Part shown: one piece after another, positions 12,278 to 25,625 of the stretch
Layout: every line of letters starts with the position of its first letter
How positions within the stretch are numbered: the stretch's first letter is position 1
Position numbers and translations under genes: made by a program
Origin: Gracilinanus agilis
Lineage: Eukaryota
Direction: 5' to 3'
Assembly: GCF_016433145.1 (NCBI RefSeq)
Contig: NC_058132.1
Coordinates: 88,208,260 to 88,272,259 of the forward strand
Length of the DNA: 64,000 nucleotides
The notes under the pieces: generated by a model
Databases searched by the model: none
Seen by the model: the letters and a program-made list of their open reading frames with translations, nothing else
What the model was told of the DNA's origin: nothing

Positions 12278-12475
12278 GGAAGCAGCACAGTGGCTCAGTG
12301 GGTAGAGAGCCAGTCCTGGAGATGGGAGGTCCTGGTTTCAAATGTGACCTCAGACACTGCTTAGTTTTGTAATGCTGAGAAAGTTATTTCACCCCCATTC
12401 ACTGGCCCTTACTGCCCTTCTGTCTTCAAACCAATACTTAGTATAGAGTGTAAGACAGAACGTAAAAGTTTAAAA
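12278..12475 (+). mobile_element. Older SINE1_Mdo/MAR1-type SINE
   Basis: gtggctcagtgggtagagagccagtcctggagatgggaggtcctggtttcaaat...aaccaatact. Confidence 0.8.
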
Positions 12476-13730
12476 TGTTAAAGAGCTCTGAGTGAACATT
12501 ATCCCCATCACAAATATTTAAAGAAAGAATTTTTGCATGTGAAAAAAGTCCTAGACTTATTCTCCTTAACCAAGAAAGGCAAAATTAGTTCTGAATGGAG
12601 AAAATTACTCTCAGCCCTCAGGGAGTCTGAGTTCAACTCAATACAAAGAAACACATTCTGATTATATACACTTCAAAATATTATTACTATTAGCAGATAT
12701 TAGAAGTCATACTATAAAGAGCTGTAAGGAGTCAAGAAGTTATTGTTTTTAAGTAATATTTGACCTCCTGACTTCATTTTGAATTTTCTTGGCAAAGATA
12801 CTCCAGTGGTTTGTCATTTCCTTCTACAGTTTCCCATTACAGATGAGGAAACTGAGACAAACTAGGATGTGTAGGAAGTAGAGACAAGAAAGAAGTGCAT
12901 TCTAAGAATGGGAAGATAAAGGTGGAAAATGGAATGCTGTGTAGTAGAAATTCTGTGAAACTTAGTTTGACTTAACCAAAGGCTATTTGAATGGTAGTAC
13001 TATCAGATTGTCACAAGAATCCTGGTGCAGTTTTAAGCTTTTCAGAAATATAAATGCTACCCATTTCTTAATAAGTTAAATGACTTATAAAGCTCATAGT
13101 TCTGGTAAGTGCCATATGCGATGGAGAAGGGTTAGGGATGGAGTCATAGAGAGCTGAACTGAAGTTAGATCTAAGCACAGTGAAAGAGAGAATTTGGTTT
13201 ATGATATTTTTCCCCACACTAAAAATGTCAGGTGTCTACTAACCTAAAAGAGACCTAGTTTGTGCTGCTTCATACATAAGATAATTTTATGATCTTAAAA
13301 AATACACCCTGTTTCAGCATATTTACAAATATATTGTTTTTCAATAATGAAAGCTTATTGTACTTATAGTTGGAATTCTTACATGAAACAAATAAAACGA
13401 GTTGACTGGATTTGCCCACCCAAAAAAAATTTTAAATGTAATTAGTTAAATTAATTTGACACATTTAATTTTGTGAATTTTGAATAATAAATCTTTCATT
13501 TTGATGCTAGTAAAATGAGGCATTATACATTATACAATGTGTATGCAGCAGTCTCTGGGTGATACTTTCTCAGACAGAAGAATTGGTAGAGGAGATTCTA
13601 TTGTGTGACCACCTCAGTTGCCATTAGATGTTTTCTTATAGGATTTTATCAGAACTGTAATATATGTATCAATACTTCACTCTTAGGCTGATCTTAAAGT
13701 TAGGATAGCAAATTAAATCCTTTTAGTGAC

Positions 13731-14083
13731 TGAGCAACAGCAGCTGGTGCACTTTTTAAATAAAATTTGAAAATCAAAAGGAACAAGGTTTAGCACAAGA
13801 TGGTGACTATCTTGAATTTTAATAAGAAATACATTAATGTTTTCAAATTGGAGGTATTTAGCCTTTTGTATATTGTTTTTGTAAGTCTGTAGCATGTATA
13901 CTTCTGAAGTTATTAAAGCTTCGGATTGCACTAAGACTTTTTGGGATACTTAGTATCATGAGTCTAGAAAAGTAAATTAAATCCAGGTTGTAAAGGACTT
14001 TAAATTAAATTACAAACAAAGGATTCTGTATTTGGTTTTCGAGGTTAACAAATATGTGGAGAAGTGAATTGGAGAGAGGAAAG
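13731..14083 (+). repeat. Local duplicated segment, copy B1 (paralogous to 1-393)
   Basis: Direct repeat of the window start. It lacks the ~48-nt segment found at ~311-358 in copy A1. Confidence 0.9.
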
Positions 14084-14084
14084 C

Positions 14085-17000
14085 AAAAAAAGAGCAAATG
14101 AAATAGAAGTAGAGGATTGGACATAGGCTTTGGAAGATCTCAAAATTCAATTAACTCAAGAACTTCAGCAACCAAAAAACAATCAAGAGAGGCTGAAGAC
14201 AATTTGAAAAATGAAATACATGAACTAAAACAAGAAAATAAAGCCTATAGAGTCTTAAAGGCTAAAATTGACCAGCTCCAAAAACAAAACAAAGAAGGCA
14301 AAAGATGATCTACAAAAGAAAATCATACCAGAAGGAGGATGACCAAAAAAGCCAGGAATGAAATTCAGTCTTTAAAAAATGGAACTCAAACAACTAGAAA
14401 CAAATGACTTCATAACGCAGCAAGAACATTTAAAACAAAATTTAAAAAATGAAAAATTGGAGTATATGAACTACCTAATTGAAACAACCAAAGATCTGGA
14501 GAACAGATCTAGAAGAGAATATTTAAGAATTATTGTTCTACAGGATCATGACAAAAGAAAAAGTTTGGACATCATCCTACAAGAAATTATCCAAGAAAAC
14601 TGCCCTGATATTCTCAAACAAGAGGGAAAAGTGGAAGTTGAAAGAATCTACAGATTACCTCCTACATTTAATACACAACTTATAACTTCAAGGAATATTA
14701 TAGCCAAATTCAAAAACTGCCAGACCAAGAAAAACTATCCTGAAAAAAATATTTCAAGCTGCTAAGAAGAAGTCATTCAGATACCAGGGAAATATAGTTA
14801 GGATAACACAGGATCTGGCTGCATCTACATTGAAGGATTAGAAGGCATGGAATACAATATTCAGGAAAGCAAGAGAGCTAGGTCTACAACCAAGAATCAA
14901 CTACCAGCAAAACTGTCTATATGTTTGCTGGGGAAAGTATGATAATTCAATAAAAGTGAAGACTTTCAAGCATTCATAAAGAAAAAAAAACCTGACTTAA
15001 ACAGAGAGTCTGCTGCCCGGAACACAGAACTCAGTAGAATCACCATAAGGTAATTAAGAGAGCAGGGAAGCAGGGAATAAAAAGAAAACTTTTCTTTAAG
15101 AGACCCAGTAAGTTCAATTGATTTGTATCCCTAGAAGAAAAGAAGATATTAGTAAATATTAAAAATTGTTATTATCAACAGGGTAACTAGAAGACATCTA
15201 CTTAGAGGGAACAGTGACAAACTGTATAGGATGAAATGTCAAGATATATATATGCATATGTATACATATATATGAATGTGTGTATGTATGTATAAAAATG
15301 TGTAAAATTAAAGGGAAAAGAGGAAGTAATATTAAGAAAAATGAGAAAACAGACAAAATGGAGTAATTTATATTCCATAAAGAAGCTTGTGGGGCAAACA
15401 GGGGAGAATATCAATACACTGGAAGGGCTAAGAGTTTGGAGAGAGAAAATACTTAATACTTAAGTGCATAAATATTAACTTAAAGAGGGAAGAATAATCA
15501 GATCCATTGGGGCAGAGAATTTGATACATGCCCTATAAAGAAGTAGAAGGGTAATAAAAGGACTGGTGGGGAGGGAAGCAGCACTAGGGAGGGAAGGTGG
15601 GAGTAGGGGTAGTTTTAAAAGACCCTGAAGAAGAATAAGAGTGGATCAACAAGGGGGAGGGGAGAAAGGGAAGTACAATAAGGGAGTGGATCAGAGGAAC
15701 TGATTAAAAACAAAAAAATGGTATAGAAGGAAATAGTGAAAGAAGAAATGGTAGGACAAGGAGAAAGAATCAAAATGTCTGGGAATACACAGTTGATAAT
15801 TATAACTCTGAATGTGAATAGGATGAACTTGTCATTAAAATGGAAGTAAATAGCAGAGTGGTTTAGAAACCAAAAAATTCTACCATATGTTGTCTACAAG
15901 AAACACACATGAGTCAGGCAGACATACATAGAGTAAAAATGAAAGGCTGGAGCAAAATCTATTAGGCTTCAACTCAGAAAAAGAAGGTCGGAGTTGCAAT
16001 CATGATTTTTGACAGAGCCAAGGTAAAACTAGATCTGGCTAAAAGAAATAGGGAAGGTAATTACATCCTGATAAAAGGCAGTATAAACAATGAAAAAATA
16101 TCAGTACTCAATATGTATGCACTAAATGGTATAGCATCCAGACTTCTAAAGGAGAAGCTAGAGGAGCTCAAGGACAAAATAGATAGCAAAACTATACTAA
16201 TGGGTTACCTCAACCTTCCCCTATCAGATCTAGATAAATCAAACCAAAAAGTAAATAAGAAAGAGATAAGAGAGGTGAATGAAATCCTAGAAAAATTAGA
16301 GTTAATAGATATATGGAGAAAAATAAATAAGGACAAAAAGGAATACACCTGCTTTTCAGCAGCACATGGAACATTCACAAAGATTGACCATGTAATAGGG
16401 CATAGAAACATAGCAAACAAATGCAAAAGATCAGATATAATAAATGCAAACTTATCAGATCATGATGCAATAAAAATAGTTATTAGCAAGGATACATGGA
16501 AAGGCAAAACAAAAACTAATTGGAAATTAAATGATATGATTCTCCAAAACCAGCTAGTTAAAGAACAATCATAGAAACGATTAATAATTTCATTGAAGAC
16601 AATGACAAAGATGAGACTTCTTACCAAAACCTATGGGATGCAGCCAAAGCAGTTCTAAGGGGGAAATTTATATCATTGAGTGCATATATTAACAAATTAG
16701 GGAGGGCAGAGGTTAATGAACTGGGCATGCAACTTAAAAAACTAGAAAGGAAACAAATTAAAAATACCCATATGAAAACTAAATTAGAAATACTAAAAAA
16801 ATCAAAGGAGAAATTAATAAAATCAAAAGTAAATGGACTACTGAATTAATAAATAATACTAGAAGCTGTTATTTTGAAAAAAAACAGATAAAATAGACAA
16901 AGAACTGATAAATCTAATACAAAAAGGGAAAAAGAAAATCAAATTTTACAGTATCAAAGATGAAAAGGGAGACCTCACCTCTAATGAAGAGGAAATTAAG

Positions 17001-19975
17001 GCAATCATTAAAAACTATTTTGCCCAATTATATGGCAATAAATATAGCAATCTTGGTGATGTGGGGTGAAAATGAAGGGAGGAAGGGAGGATGGTAGGAT
17101 GAATGGGAGCAAGGAGAGAAGAAGGTAGAGGAAGGGAAAGGAAGGTAGCAGGGTCCCAGCCCCAGCAGGGGGAAATTGACCAGAGCCTTCAAATGAATGA
17201 TCAGAGAGCAACTTTAGGGTTTGAATAGCTAGGTTTTATTTTAATTAGAAAGGGAAAGGTCTAGGGAAATCTAGGAGTTAGAAAGGGAAAAAGGTCTCAG
17301 GGTAAAGGGCGCTGCTTCCAGGATTGAGAGAGCTGCTTCTTCTGGGTAGAGAGAGAGAGCAGAGCTCAGGGTAGAGAAAGAGAAAAGGTGACAAACTTTC
17401 CCTTTTCTACTTTCCCTAACACCTCCCCCAAAGGAAGTGGGAGGTGTCAGGGGAAGTTGTAGCAGAGAGAGTCCTGGGAGACGTAGTTTCCAGGGCTTAC
17501 AATAATTTCAAATGACGCAGTGATATGGATGAATATTTACAAAAATATAAATTGCCTAGATTAATAGCAGAAGAAATAGAATACTTAAATAATCCCATAT
17601 CAGAAAAAAGAAATTGAAAAAGCCATCAAAGAACTCCCTAAGAAAAAATCACCAGGGCCCAATGGATTCACAAGTGAATTCGATCAAACATTCAAAGAAC
17701 AACTAATCCCAATACTATATAAATTATTTGACATAATAAGCAAAGAAGGAGTCCTGCCAAATTCCTTTTAAGACACAAATATGGTACTCATTCCAAAGCC
17801 AGGCAGACCAAAAACGGAGAAAGAAAACTACAGACTAATCTTCCTAATGAACATAGGTACAAAAATCTTAACATCATGGTAGGATTTATAACAGGAATAC
17901 AAGGATGGTTCAACATTAGGAAAACCATCCACATAATTGATCATATCAACAATCTAACAAACAAAAATCACATGATTATCTCAATAGATGCTAAAAAAGC
18001 CTTTGACAAAATACAACACCTATTCCTATTGAAAACACTAGAAAGTATAGGAATAGAAGATCCTTTCCTAAAAATAATAAACAGTATGTATCTAAAACCA
18101 TCAGCAAACATCATCTGCAATAGAGATAAATTAGAAGCATTCCCAATAAGATCAAGAGTGAAACAAGGGTGCCCATTGTCATCTCTATTATTTAACACAG
18201 TACTAGAAACACTAGCAGTAGCAATTAGAGAAGAAAAATAAATTGAAGGTATTAAAATAGGCAATGAGGAGACTAAGGTATCACTCTTTGCAGATGATAT
18301 GATGGTCTACTTTAAAAATCCTAGAGAATCAACTAAAAAGCTAGTAGAAATAATCAACAACTTTAACAAAGTTTCAGGATACAAAATAAATGCACATAAA
18401 TCATCAGCATTTCTATATATCTGCAACACATCACAACAGCAAGAGGTAGAAAGAGAAACACCATTTAAAATCACCTAGACAATATAAAAATACTTTGGAA
18501 TCGATTTGCCAAAACAAACACAAAAATTATACCAACACAACTACAAAACTCTTTCCACACAATTAAAACTAGATCTAAACAATTGGAAAAACATTGATTG
18601 CTCATGGGTAGGATGAGCTAATATAATAAAAAATGACCATTTTACCCATATTAATTCACTTATTTAGTGCCATACCTAGCAAACTACAAAGCAACTGTTT
18701 TACAGAATTAGAAAAAACTATAACAAAGTTCATTTGGAATAACAAAAGATCAAGAATATCAAGGGAAATAATGAAAAAATGTGAAGGAAGGTGGCCTAGC
18801 AGTACCAGATATATTAAACTATACTATATAAAAATGGCCATCCTACCCAAATTAATTTACTTATTTAGTGCTATCCCTATCAAACTATCAAAAAAAATTT
18901 TTTTTACTGAATTAGAAAAAAACTAGAAGAAAGTTCATTTGGGAGAACAAAAGACCAAGAATATCAAGGGAAATAATGAAAAAAAAATTGAAGGAAGGGG
19001 GCCTAGCAGTACCAGATCTTAAACTGTACTATAAAGCAGTAGTCATCCAAACAATATGGTACTGGTGAAGAGACAGAAGGGAGGATCGGTGGAATAGACT
19101 TGGAGTAAGTGACCTCAGCAAGACAGTTAATGATAAACCCAAAGTACCCAGCTTTTTGAACAAAAACCCACTATTTGATAAAAACTGCTGGGAAAATTGG
19201 AAAACAATATGGGAGAGATTGGGTCTAGATCAACATCTCACACCCTATACCAAGATAAACTCAGAATGGGTGAATGACTTGAATATAAAGGAAACTATAA
19301 GTAAATTAAATGAGCACAAAATAGTATACCTGTCAGATCTCTGGAAAAGGAAAGATTTTAAAACCAAGCAAGAGCTAGAAAAAATTGCAAAATATAAAAT
19401 AAATAATTTTGACTACATTAAATTAAAAAGTTTTTATACAGACAAAACCAATGCTACCAAAATTAGAAGGGAAGCAATAAATTGGGGAAAATCTTTATAA
19501 CAAAAGACTCAGACAAAGGTCTAACTACTCAAATATACAAGGAGCTAAATCAATTGTATAAAATATCAAGCCATTCCCCAAATGATAAATGGGCAAGGGA
19601 CATGAAAAGGCAATTCTCAGATAAATCAAAACTATCAATAAGCACATGAGAAAGTATTCTAAATCTCTAATAATTAGAGAAATGCTAATCAAAACAACTC
19701 TGAGGTATCACCTCACACCCAGCAGACTGGCTAAAATAACAGCAGGGGAGAGTAATGAATTTTAGAAGGGATGTGGCAAAATTGGGACATTAATGCATTG
19801 CTGGTGGAGTTGTGAACAGATCCAACCATTCTGTTTGGCAATTTGGAACTATGCCCAAAGAGCTCTAAAAGATTGCCTGCCCTTTGATCCAGGCATACCA
19901 TTGCTGGGTTTGTACCCCAAAGACATCATAGATAATAAGACTTGTACAATAATATTTATAGCTGCACTTTTTGTG
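14085..19975 (+). mobile_element. Degenerate L1 (ORF1 partial, ORF2 endonuclease/RT, partial 3'UTR); composite, with a nested LTR
   Basis: ORF1 fragments (DLENRSRREYLRII, IIQENCPDIL). ORF2 from ATG ~15775 with EN motifs (YILIKG, TFTKIDHVIGH, SDHDAI) and RT motifs ([23 protein letters not shown], tttgcagatgatatgatg = FADDM). Multiple stops and frameshifts; no poly(A) at the 3' end. Confidence 0.95.
17060..17519 (-). mobile_element. Solo LTR (460 bp) nested in L1 ORF2, 4-bp TSD GTGA
   Basis: TG at 17060 and CA at 17518-17519; GTGA at 17056-17059 and 17520-17523. Removing it restores L1 caatcttggtgatatggatgaata. Minus-strand AATAAA at 17235-17240. Confidence 0.92.
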
Positions 19976-19976
19976 G

Positions 19977-20345
19977 ATCCCTTTTGTGTTCATTATTGGC
20001 AATAAATGGTAATAATCAGTAGTCACCTGCATGAAACAATCAAGCAATGATTCACCTGACAACTGAGAAAACATGTTCTGCAAGCAAAGGAGTGCCATAT
20101 CCATTGACTATAGCAAAACCAGAAGTGAATTTGATAAGAGGAATGTCCCTAAAAACTATTTTTAGACTCTTACCTACTGTCTTAGAATAAATATTGGTTT
20201 CCAGGAGAAGAATTATAAGGGCTAGAGAATTGGGGTTAAGTGACTTGCCCATCGAGGACTATGAAGACCTAGTTACTTTCTGAGGATAATATCAAGTAAT
20301 AAGTTACAATATCAGGATTAGAACCCAATCCTCTCTTCCTATATT
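19977..20345 (+). repeat. Local duplicated segment, copy B2 (paralogous to ~7665-8035)
   Basis: Diverged direct repeat that abuts the truncated L1 3'UTR. Confidence 0.85.
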
Positions 20346-21827
20346 CCATCTTCTAACTCATTATACTTTTCTAGTTACTCAAAAAACTCATTTTTGATAT
20401 AGGAGCAAGTCCAAAATATTTTTAAAATAGAATTTTTTGGTTCCCAGAAAACACACAGATACACACATGTACACACTCACATGTACATATATACAGAATT
20501 AAAATCAGATGGTGTATTTCTGGAAAATACTCTTTCTAGCATGATACCTAGGTGAAACTCCTTGAGAGTATGAAAGAAGATTTTGAAAACTCTGCTGGAA
20601 TTGTTCAAAATAGAAATATGGTGAGGATGCAAAGAGTACAGTTTGGGAAAAATCAAAGTCAGTTATTTTCTCTACCATTGACTAAAAGAACTTTAAAATC
20701 CTAGGCTTGTCCCACCCATGTCAAGGATTAGAAGGGAGGAATAAGGATACAACTTACATGTAATCCGTAGTATTTAAAAATTTTAAAAAGATAATGGAAA
20801 TGAAAGACCAAATGGAAAAACTAATGAAAAAGAAACCAAAAGACCTGTTAAGTAATGTCACATCAGCCTTGGCAACAGACTGAGGATAGGAAGAGATATG
20901 GTCACTCAATCAGCCTTTCTTTAAGGGAGACTCCAAGACCTAGAGGAAATGGCTGATTTTCCAAGTATGTGAGATCCCTAATGATGTGCTAGTACTAGTA
21001 CAGACACACACATACACACACCAAAAAGTGTGAGACAACTTGAATTTGATGCCACTTAGCCTTTGTTGAGTTGTGAAGTTATGGTTCATTGTATCAATTG
21101 TCTCAAAGAATAGAATAGAGGTACCAAATTATCAGAAGATATTCATTGAACATCATTGAGCATCTCCACTGTGCTAAATAATAATAAAAACACAGACATG
21201 TGCATACTAGCTAATAAGATTTAGACATCATCCTGTAGGTACTGTAGAAAAATTGATGAGATAACCCCTTCCATTTTAAGGAAAACATTTAAGCCATTCA
21301 TTTCTTCATTCTTCTTCTACTTTCATTCCTGAACCATTAAACTGCTACAGAAGCCAGGACATCCTTGGGATATACTCTGACCAAGGATGTGCTAGAGTTT
21401 TCTGAGTGTATATTTTTCTGCCTTGTATCAAGTCCTAAATAAGACTCTGTGTTCTAAAGTACCTGACAATGGGAAGGAGAGGGCTTCTGTTCTAATGATA
21501 CCAGGCTTTTTATTTGAACTAAATAGGGAATAGAGTGTATAAAGTGATCATCATAGGAAATGCTCATAGGATTTAGATCTGGAGCTAGGAAGGGCCTTAC
21601 AAGTGATCTAATCCAAAGCTCGATTTTATCAAGAATTGTAGAGGTTATTTATCTTATCCCAAGGGGCACATCTAGCAAATAACAAATGTCAGAACCAGTA
21701 TTTCCAACCCAGAATCTTTATGGAGAAAGTATACTACAGGAGAAAAAAGCATCAGTTATGAAGTCAAAAGAACAAGATTCAAACACCACCTAGAATACCT
21801 TTAAACTTGGTCAAGATGTTTATCTTT

Positions 21828-22034
21828 GGGGGCATCAAGGTGGCTCAGTGGATTGAGAGTCAGACCTAGAGATGGGAGGTCCTGGGTTCAAATCTGGCCT
21901 CAGACACTCCCTAGCCATGAGACCTTGGACAAGTCACTTGACCCCCATTGCCTAACCCTTACTACTCTTCTGCCTTAGAACCAATACATGGTATTGATTC
22001 TAAGATGGAAGGTAAGGGTTTTAGGGGGGGAAAT
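21828..22034 (+). mobile_element. SINE1_Mdo-like SINE with 13-bp TSD
   Basis: TSD gatgtttatcttt at 21815-21827 and 22035-22047; standard body ending ggaaggtaagggtttt. Confidence 0.9.
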
Positions 22035-22049
22035 GATGTTTATCTTTCT

Positions 22050-22640
22050 GTGCTTCCATATGATTCAACTGTAAAATGATAGAATTGGAGTAGGTGGCCT
22101 CTGGGGTCTTTTCCACCTCAATTTCTATTATTCTATAACTCATAAGAATACCAATAGCTAGTATTTACGTAGAGCTTTAAGGTTGGCAAAGTATTGTACT
22201 ATATGTTACTTCATTTGTTCCTCACAATTCTGAGTCATAGGCACTGTTGTTATCCCCATTTTGTAGATGAGGAAATGGAGGCAGAGGTTAAGTGATCTTC
22301 CCAAGACCAAAAAGCAAGTAAGTGTGAGGCCAGAATTTGGCTCTCCTTGGCTCTGTGTCTAGCCCTCTATCCACTAATAATATCTAGCATTTATAGGTAA
22401 CCTACTATGTTCCAGACACTTTGTTAAATGCTCTACAAATATTATTTCATTCTATCCTTACAACAACTCTCAGTACCTGGGAGGCAGGGATGCTTATTAT
22501 GTTCATTTTTACAGATGAGAAAACTGAGGTAGAGATTAAGTGACTTGGACAGAATCACACAGCTAATAAATGACTGAGGTCAGGTTTGAACTCTGGTCTT
22601 TTTGACTGGCACTCTCTCTACTGTAGCACCTAGGTTGTCC
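22050..22640. mobile_element. Cluster of MIR/MIR3-type CORE-SINE fragments
   Basis: Repeated CORE motifs (ccccattttgtagatgaggaaa, acagatgagaaaactgagg, tttgaactctggtct). Confidence 0.65.
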
Positions 22641-23289
22641 CAGCAAGTTTCCTTATCAGATAAGTATGTGTCTATACTTATAATCGCATACCTATGTAAT
22701 ATATAAATATATATGTATTTATATACATGCATATAAACAATACAATATAAATTAAATTATCATAAATATTTTTGAATAACTTTAACCACCTGCCTCCTGA
22801 GACCACTGTAAGAAAAGTCCTTTTTAAGTCATATAACACCATATAAATGTGAATTCATTGAATACCTCTCTTTTGCATGATGTCAGAGCAGTTACATAAA
22901 TGGCCCTAGAGACTCAGAACTGTTACTCTAGTCTTCTGACATTAAGAACAAAACTTTTTCTATCACATCTTCCCCCAATTAAGGGAGGTCCTACCAGAAT
23001 CTCTGGGGTTAAGCATCAAGCCTAGTCAGGCCTCAGCCTAGCTAAGTGCTTGTGGGATCTCACAATAATTAGACTGTCCCCAGAGGCTTATCTCTTGGGA
23101 AGGATGATACTATGCTTTTCTTTTTGAACCCAGAGCCAAATATTTGGCTCCCAAATGGAGTGACAGCTCACCATCCAACCACCCTGGCATTGGGAAAGCA
23201 ATGTCTTGGGTCTATCCTGAGTCCTTCACCCCAGAGTCTGTGGGGTCAGTCAGGGGGACACTCTTATTCCCTCTCAGTCTTGCTCAAGT

Positions 23290-23560
23290 TGTTTTGTCTC
23301 TTTTCATTTTGCTTTTTTATCCCTCCATTTACTTTTGAGCTTCCCTCTTTTTCTCCTTCATTTTTCTTCCATTTCTTTCTTCACTTTCTCTCTTCTTTCT
23401 CTCCCTTCCTTCTCTTTGGCCTTCTCTCTCCTTTTCTCACTATACTGAACCTTTCCACCCTCAATATCTCCCTTGTCTCCTTTCTCCTACATTTCCCTGT
23501 CTCTTTGACAAGGATTCTCCTTCTTGGTCCTTTCCCTTTCTTCTTCCCAGACTCCAGTTA
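23290..23560 (+). repeat. CT-rich low-complexity tract
   Basis: Nearly pure pyrimidine stretch; it explains the Phe/Leu/Ser-rich ORF 23112-23651. Confidence 0.85.
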
Positions 23561-25404
23561 TAGAATCAACCCTCTTCTCTCTAGACCAGATCATAGAATG
23601 ACTTCAGAACTGAAAGATCTCTACAGGGCTGGTTTTCTGGCTCAACTTTAACAAGGACAGAAGAAGGGTGTGTGACCATAACCTAGAACCAGAGGTACTA
23701 AGATTAGACTCCAGATACAACTTCATGATGATGAGAGGTACTAGACCTTAGAACTATTGGGGAAAATAGAAAGCATAAGTGAATTCTTTTCTGAGCATCT
23801 TAAAAACAATGAAAAATTATCATTCTGTTTAGATGCAGTCTCTTTTGGAAGGGGAGTGTGATGGGATGAGATTATTTTGGTTTCCTGATTATGTCTAGAA
23901 CAAAAAACAGTTAGAAATACAAAAGAAATTTCACCTAATTTTTAGTTTGGGTGAATGAGCTTCAGAGTCTCTATATTGGCCCAGAAAACAGAGGGACATG
24001 ACTGTCTTTATTCTTCATGAATTAGAATATAACAAGAAAGCTATCTTCTAAGAGTATAGGCATAGAATTTTAAGAATGGCCTTGATAAGCTGGAGATCTT
24101 GAGAATGGTGACCAAAAGTCCAGAGCCTCAAGAATACTCTACATGATTTTATTTTACTTTTCTACCTAGGTTATCTTCCAGAATCCCAAAATCTTTGAAC
24201 AGGCTTGAATGATAGACTAAATGTAACCTGATTAAACTTATTGGGTATAAACACAAAATCTTATATTTGATTTTAATATATGAAATGCACAAGTACATAA
24301 AGATAGTAAAAATTGAGTGATCACTTGATGGGTATAGTTTGGATTAGATGGATACCAGAGTCCCTTCCAACTCTGAAAGTATAATAATTATCATCTCCAG
24401 GCTAAAAATTACTAGTTCCTCATATAAAACATTCAAGGCTCTGCATCTTGGTTACTCTATTTAGGATGAACTCCAGCTCATAAATGTCTTTTCTAAAATG
24501 TAATACCTATAATATAAGCACAATATCCTTGTTATATTTTGATTAGCACAGAAAATAGACAGGTAGTCATCTCCTGCTTTCTGGACACTCTTCCTTCTAA
24601 TTCAATCTAAAGATTTTATTAGTTTGTTTTATTGCCTACTATATTCCACTATTGATTTATTGAGATTTAAATCCACTAAAATTTCTCCACATCATTTTTT
24701 CCCTTTAGTCCCAGTTTACATCTAGCTCTAGCCATGACTCCTACATCTTGGACTTGTGGAGTTGATATTTTTTATCTAAAAATAAGGCTTTACTTGGCTT
24801 TTATCCCTATAACTAGATAGTCTTCTTTATACTTAACTACAATTTCTTCCTGTTTTCATTTTGTCCAGAGTCCTCTTGTTTAATTTCTTTTTTGAAGCAA
24901 CAATTTAACATTCTCTCCCAACAAAATCTACATAGATTTGGGGAAAAAATCTTCCCCTTTCACCTTTTTATTGGGAAAGGAGTAGTAAACAATATCAATT
25001 GCTTTAGTTCTCAGATCCTTTTTTAGTTTTCAGGTTATTATGATTTACAACTGAAAATGGACATCTTTATATGATAAGGAAAGTGAGGACCATAGCACAT
25101 AGGAGGTTTTAAAATTTTTAATTTGAAACAGTCTGCTTTATTATCCCCCACTAATATACTTATAATTGAAAAAGAAAGAAAAATAAAGTTTGGTAATGGG
25201 ACATCTCTGAGGACACACAGAGCAGTAAATATCAGAGTCAGGCTTTGAACGCAAGTGCTCTAGTTCCAAATCAAACCACATGAGTATGACTATATATATA
25301 TATATATATCAGCCTTTCTAACTTTATTTTGGCTTAGGCTTTCACTGAAAATAATAATAATAATAATTAGCATTTACATAGAGCTTTAAGATTTACAAAA
25401 TTCC

Positions 25405-25625
25405 TTTTTTTTAATTTTTAAAGTTCATTTAATTAATTAATTTAGAATATTTTACCATGGTTACATGATTCATGTTTTTCCTTCCCCTTCTCGCACCCTG
25501 CTCCTGTAGCCAATGAGTAATTCCACTGGGTTTTACGTGTATCATTGATGAAGACGTATTTCCATATTACTAATATTTGCACTAGAGTGGTCATTTAGAG
25601 TCTACATTCCCAATCATATCCCTCC
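25405..25625 (-). mobile_element. L1 3' terminal fragment
   Basis: Reverse complement of the marsupial L1 3' end (ttagaatattttaccatggttacatgattcatg...ccactggg...tgatgaagac.tatttccatatt). Confidence 0.85.

Noticed and set aside
21359-21390. Perfect 10-bp inverted repeat ACATCCTTGG...CCAAGGATGT (12-nt loop)
   Set aside because: About one such short hairpin is expected by chance in 64 kb, and it has no miRNA-like extended stem.
23112-23651. 179-aa hydrophobic ORF as a novel membrane protein
   Set aside because: The Phe/Leu/Ser bias comes from a CT-rich low-complexity tract that lacks stop codons. No domain signature.
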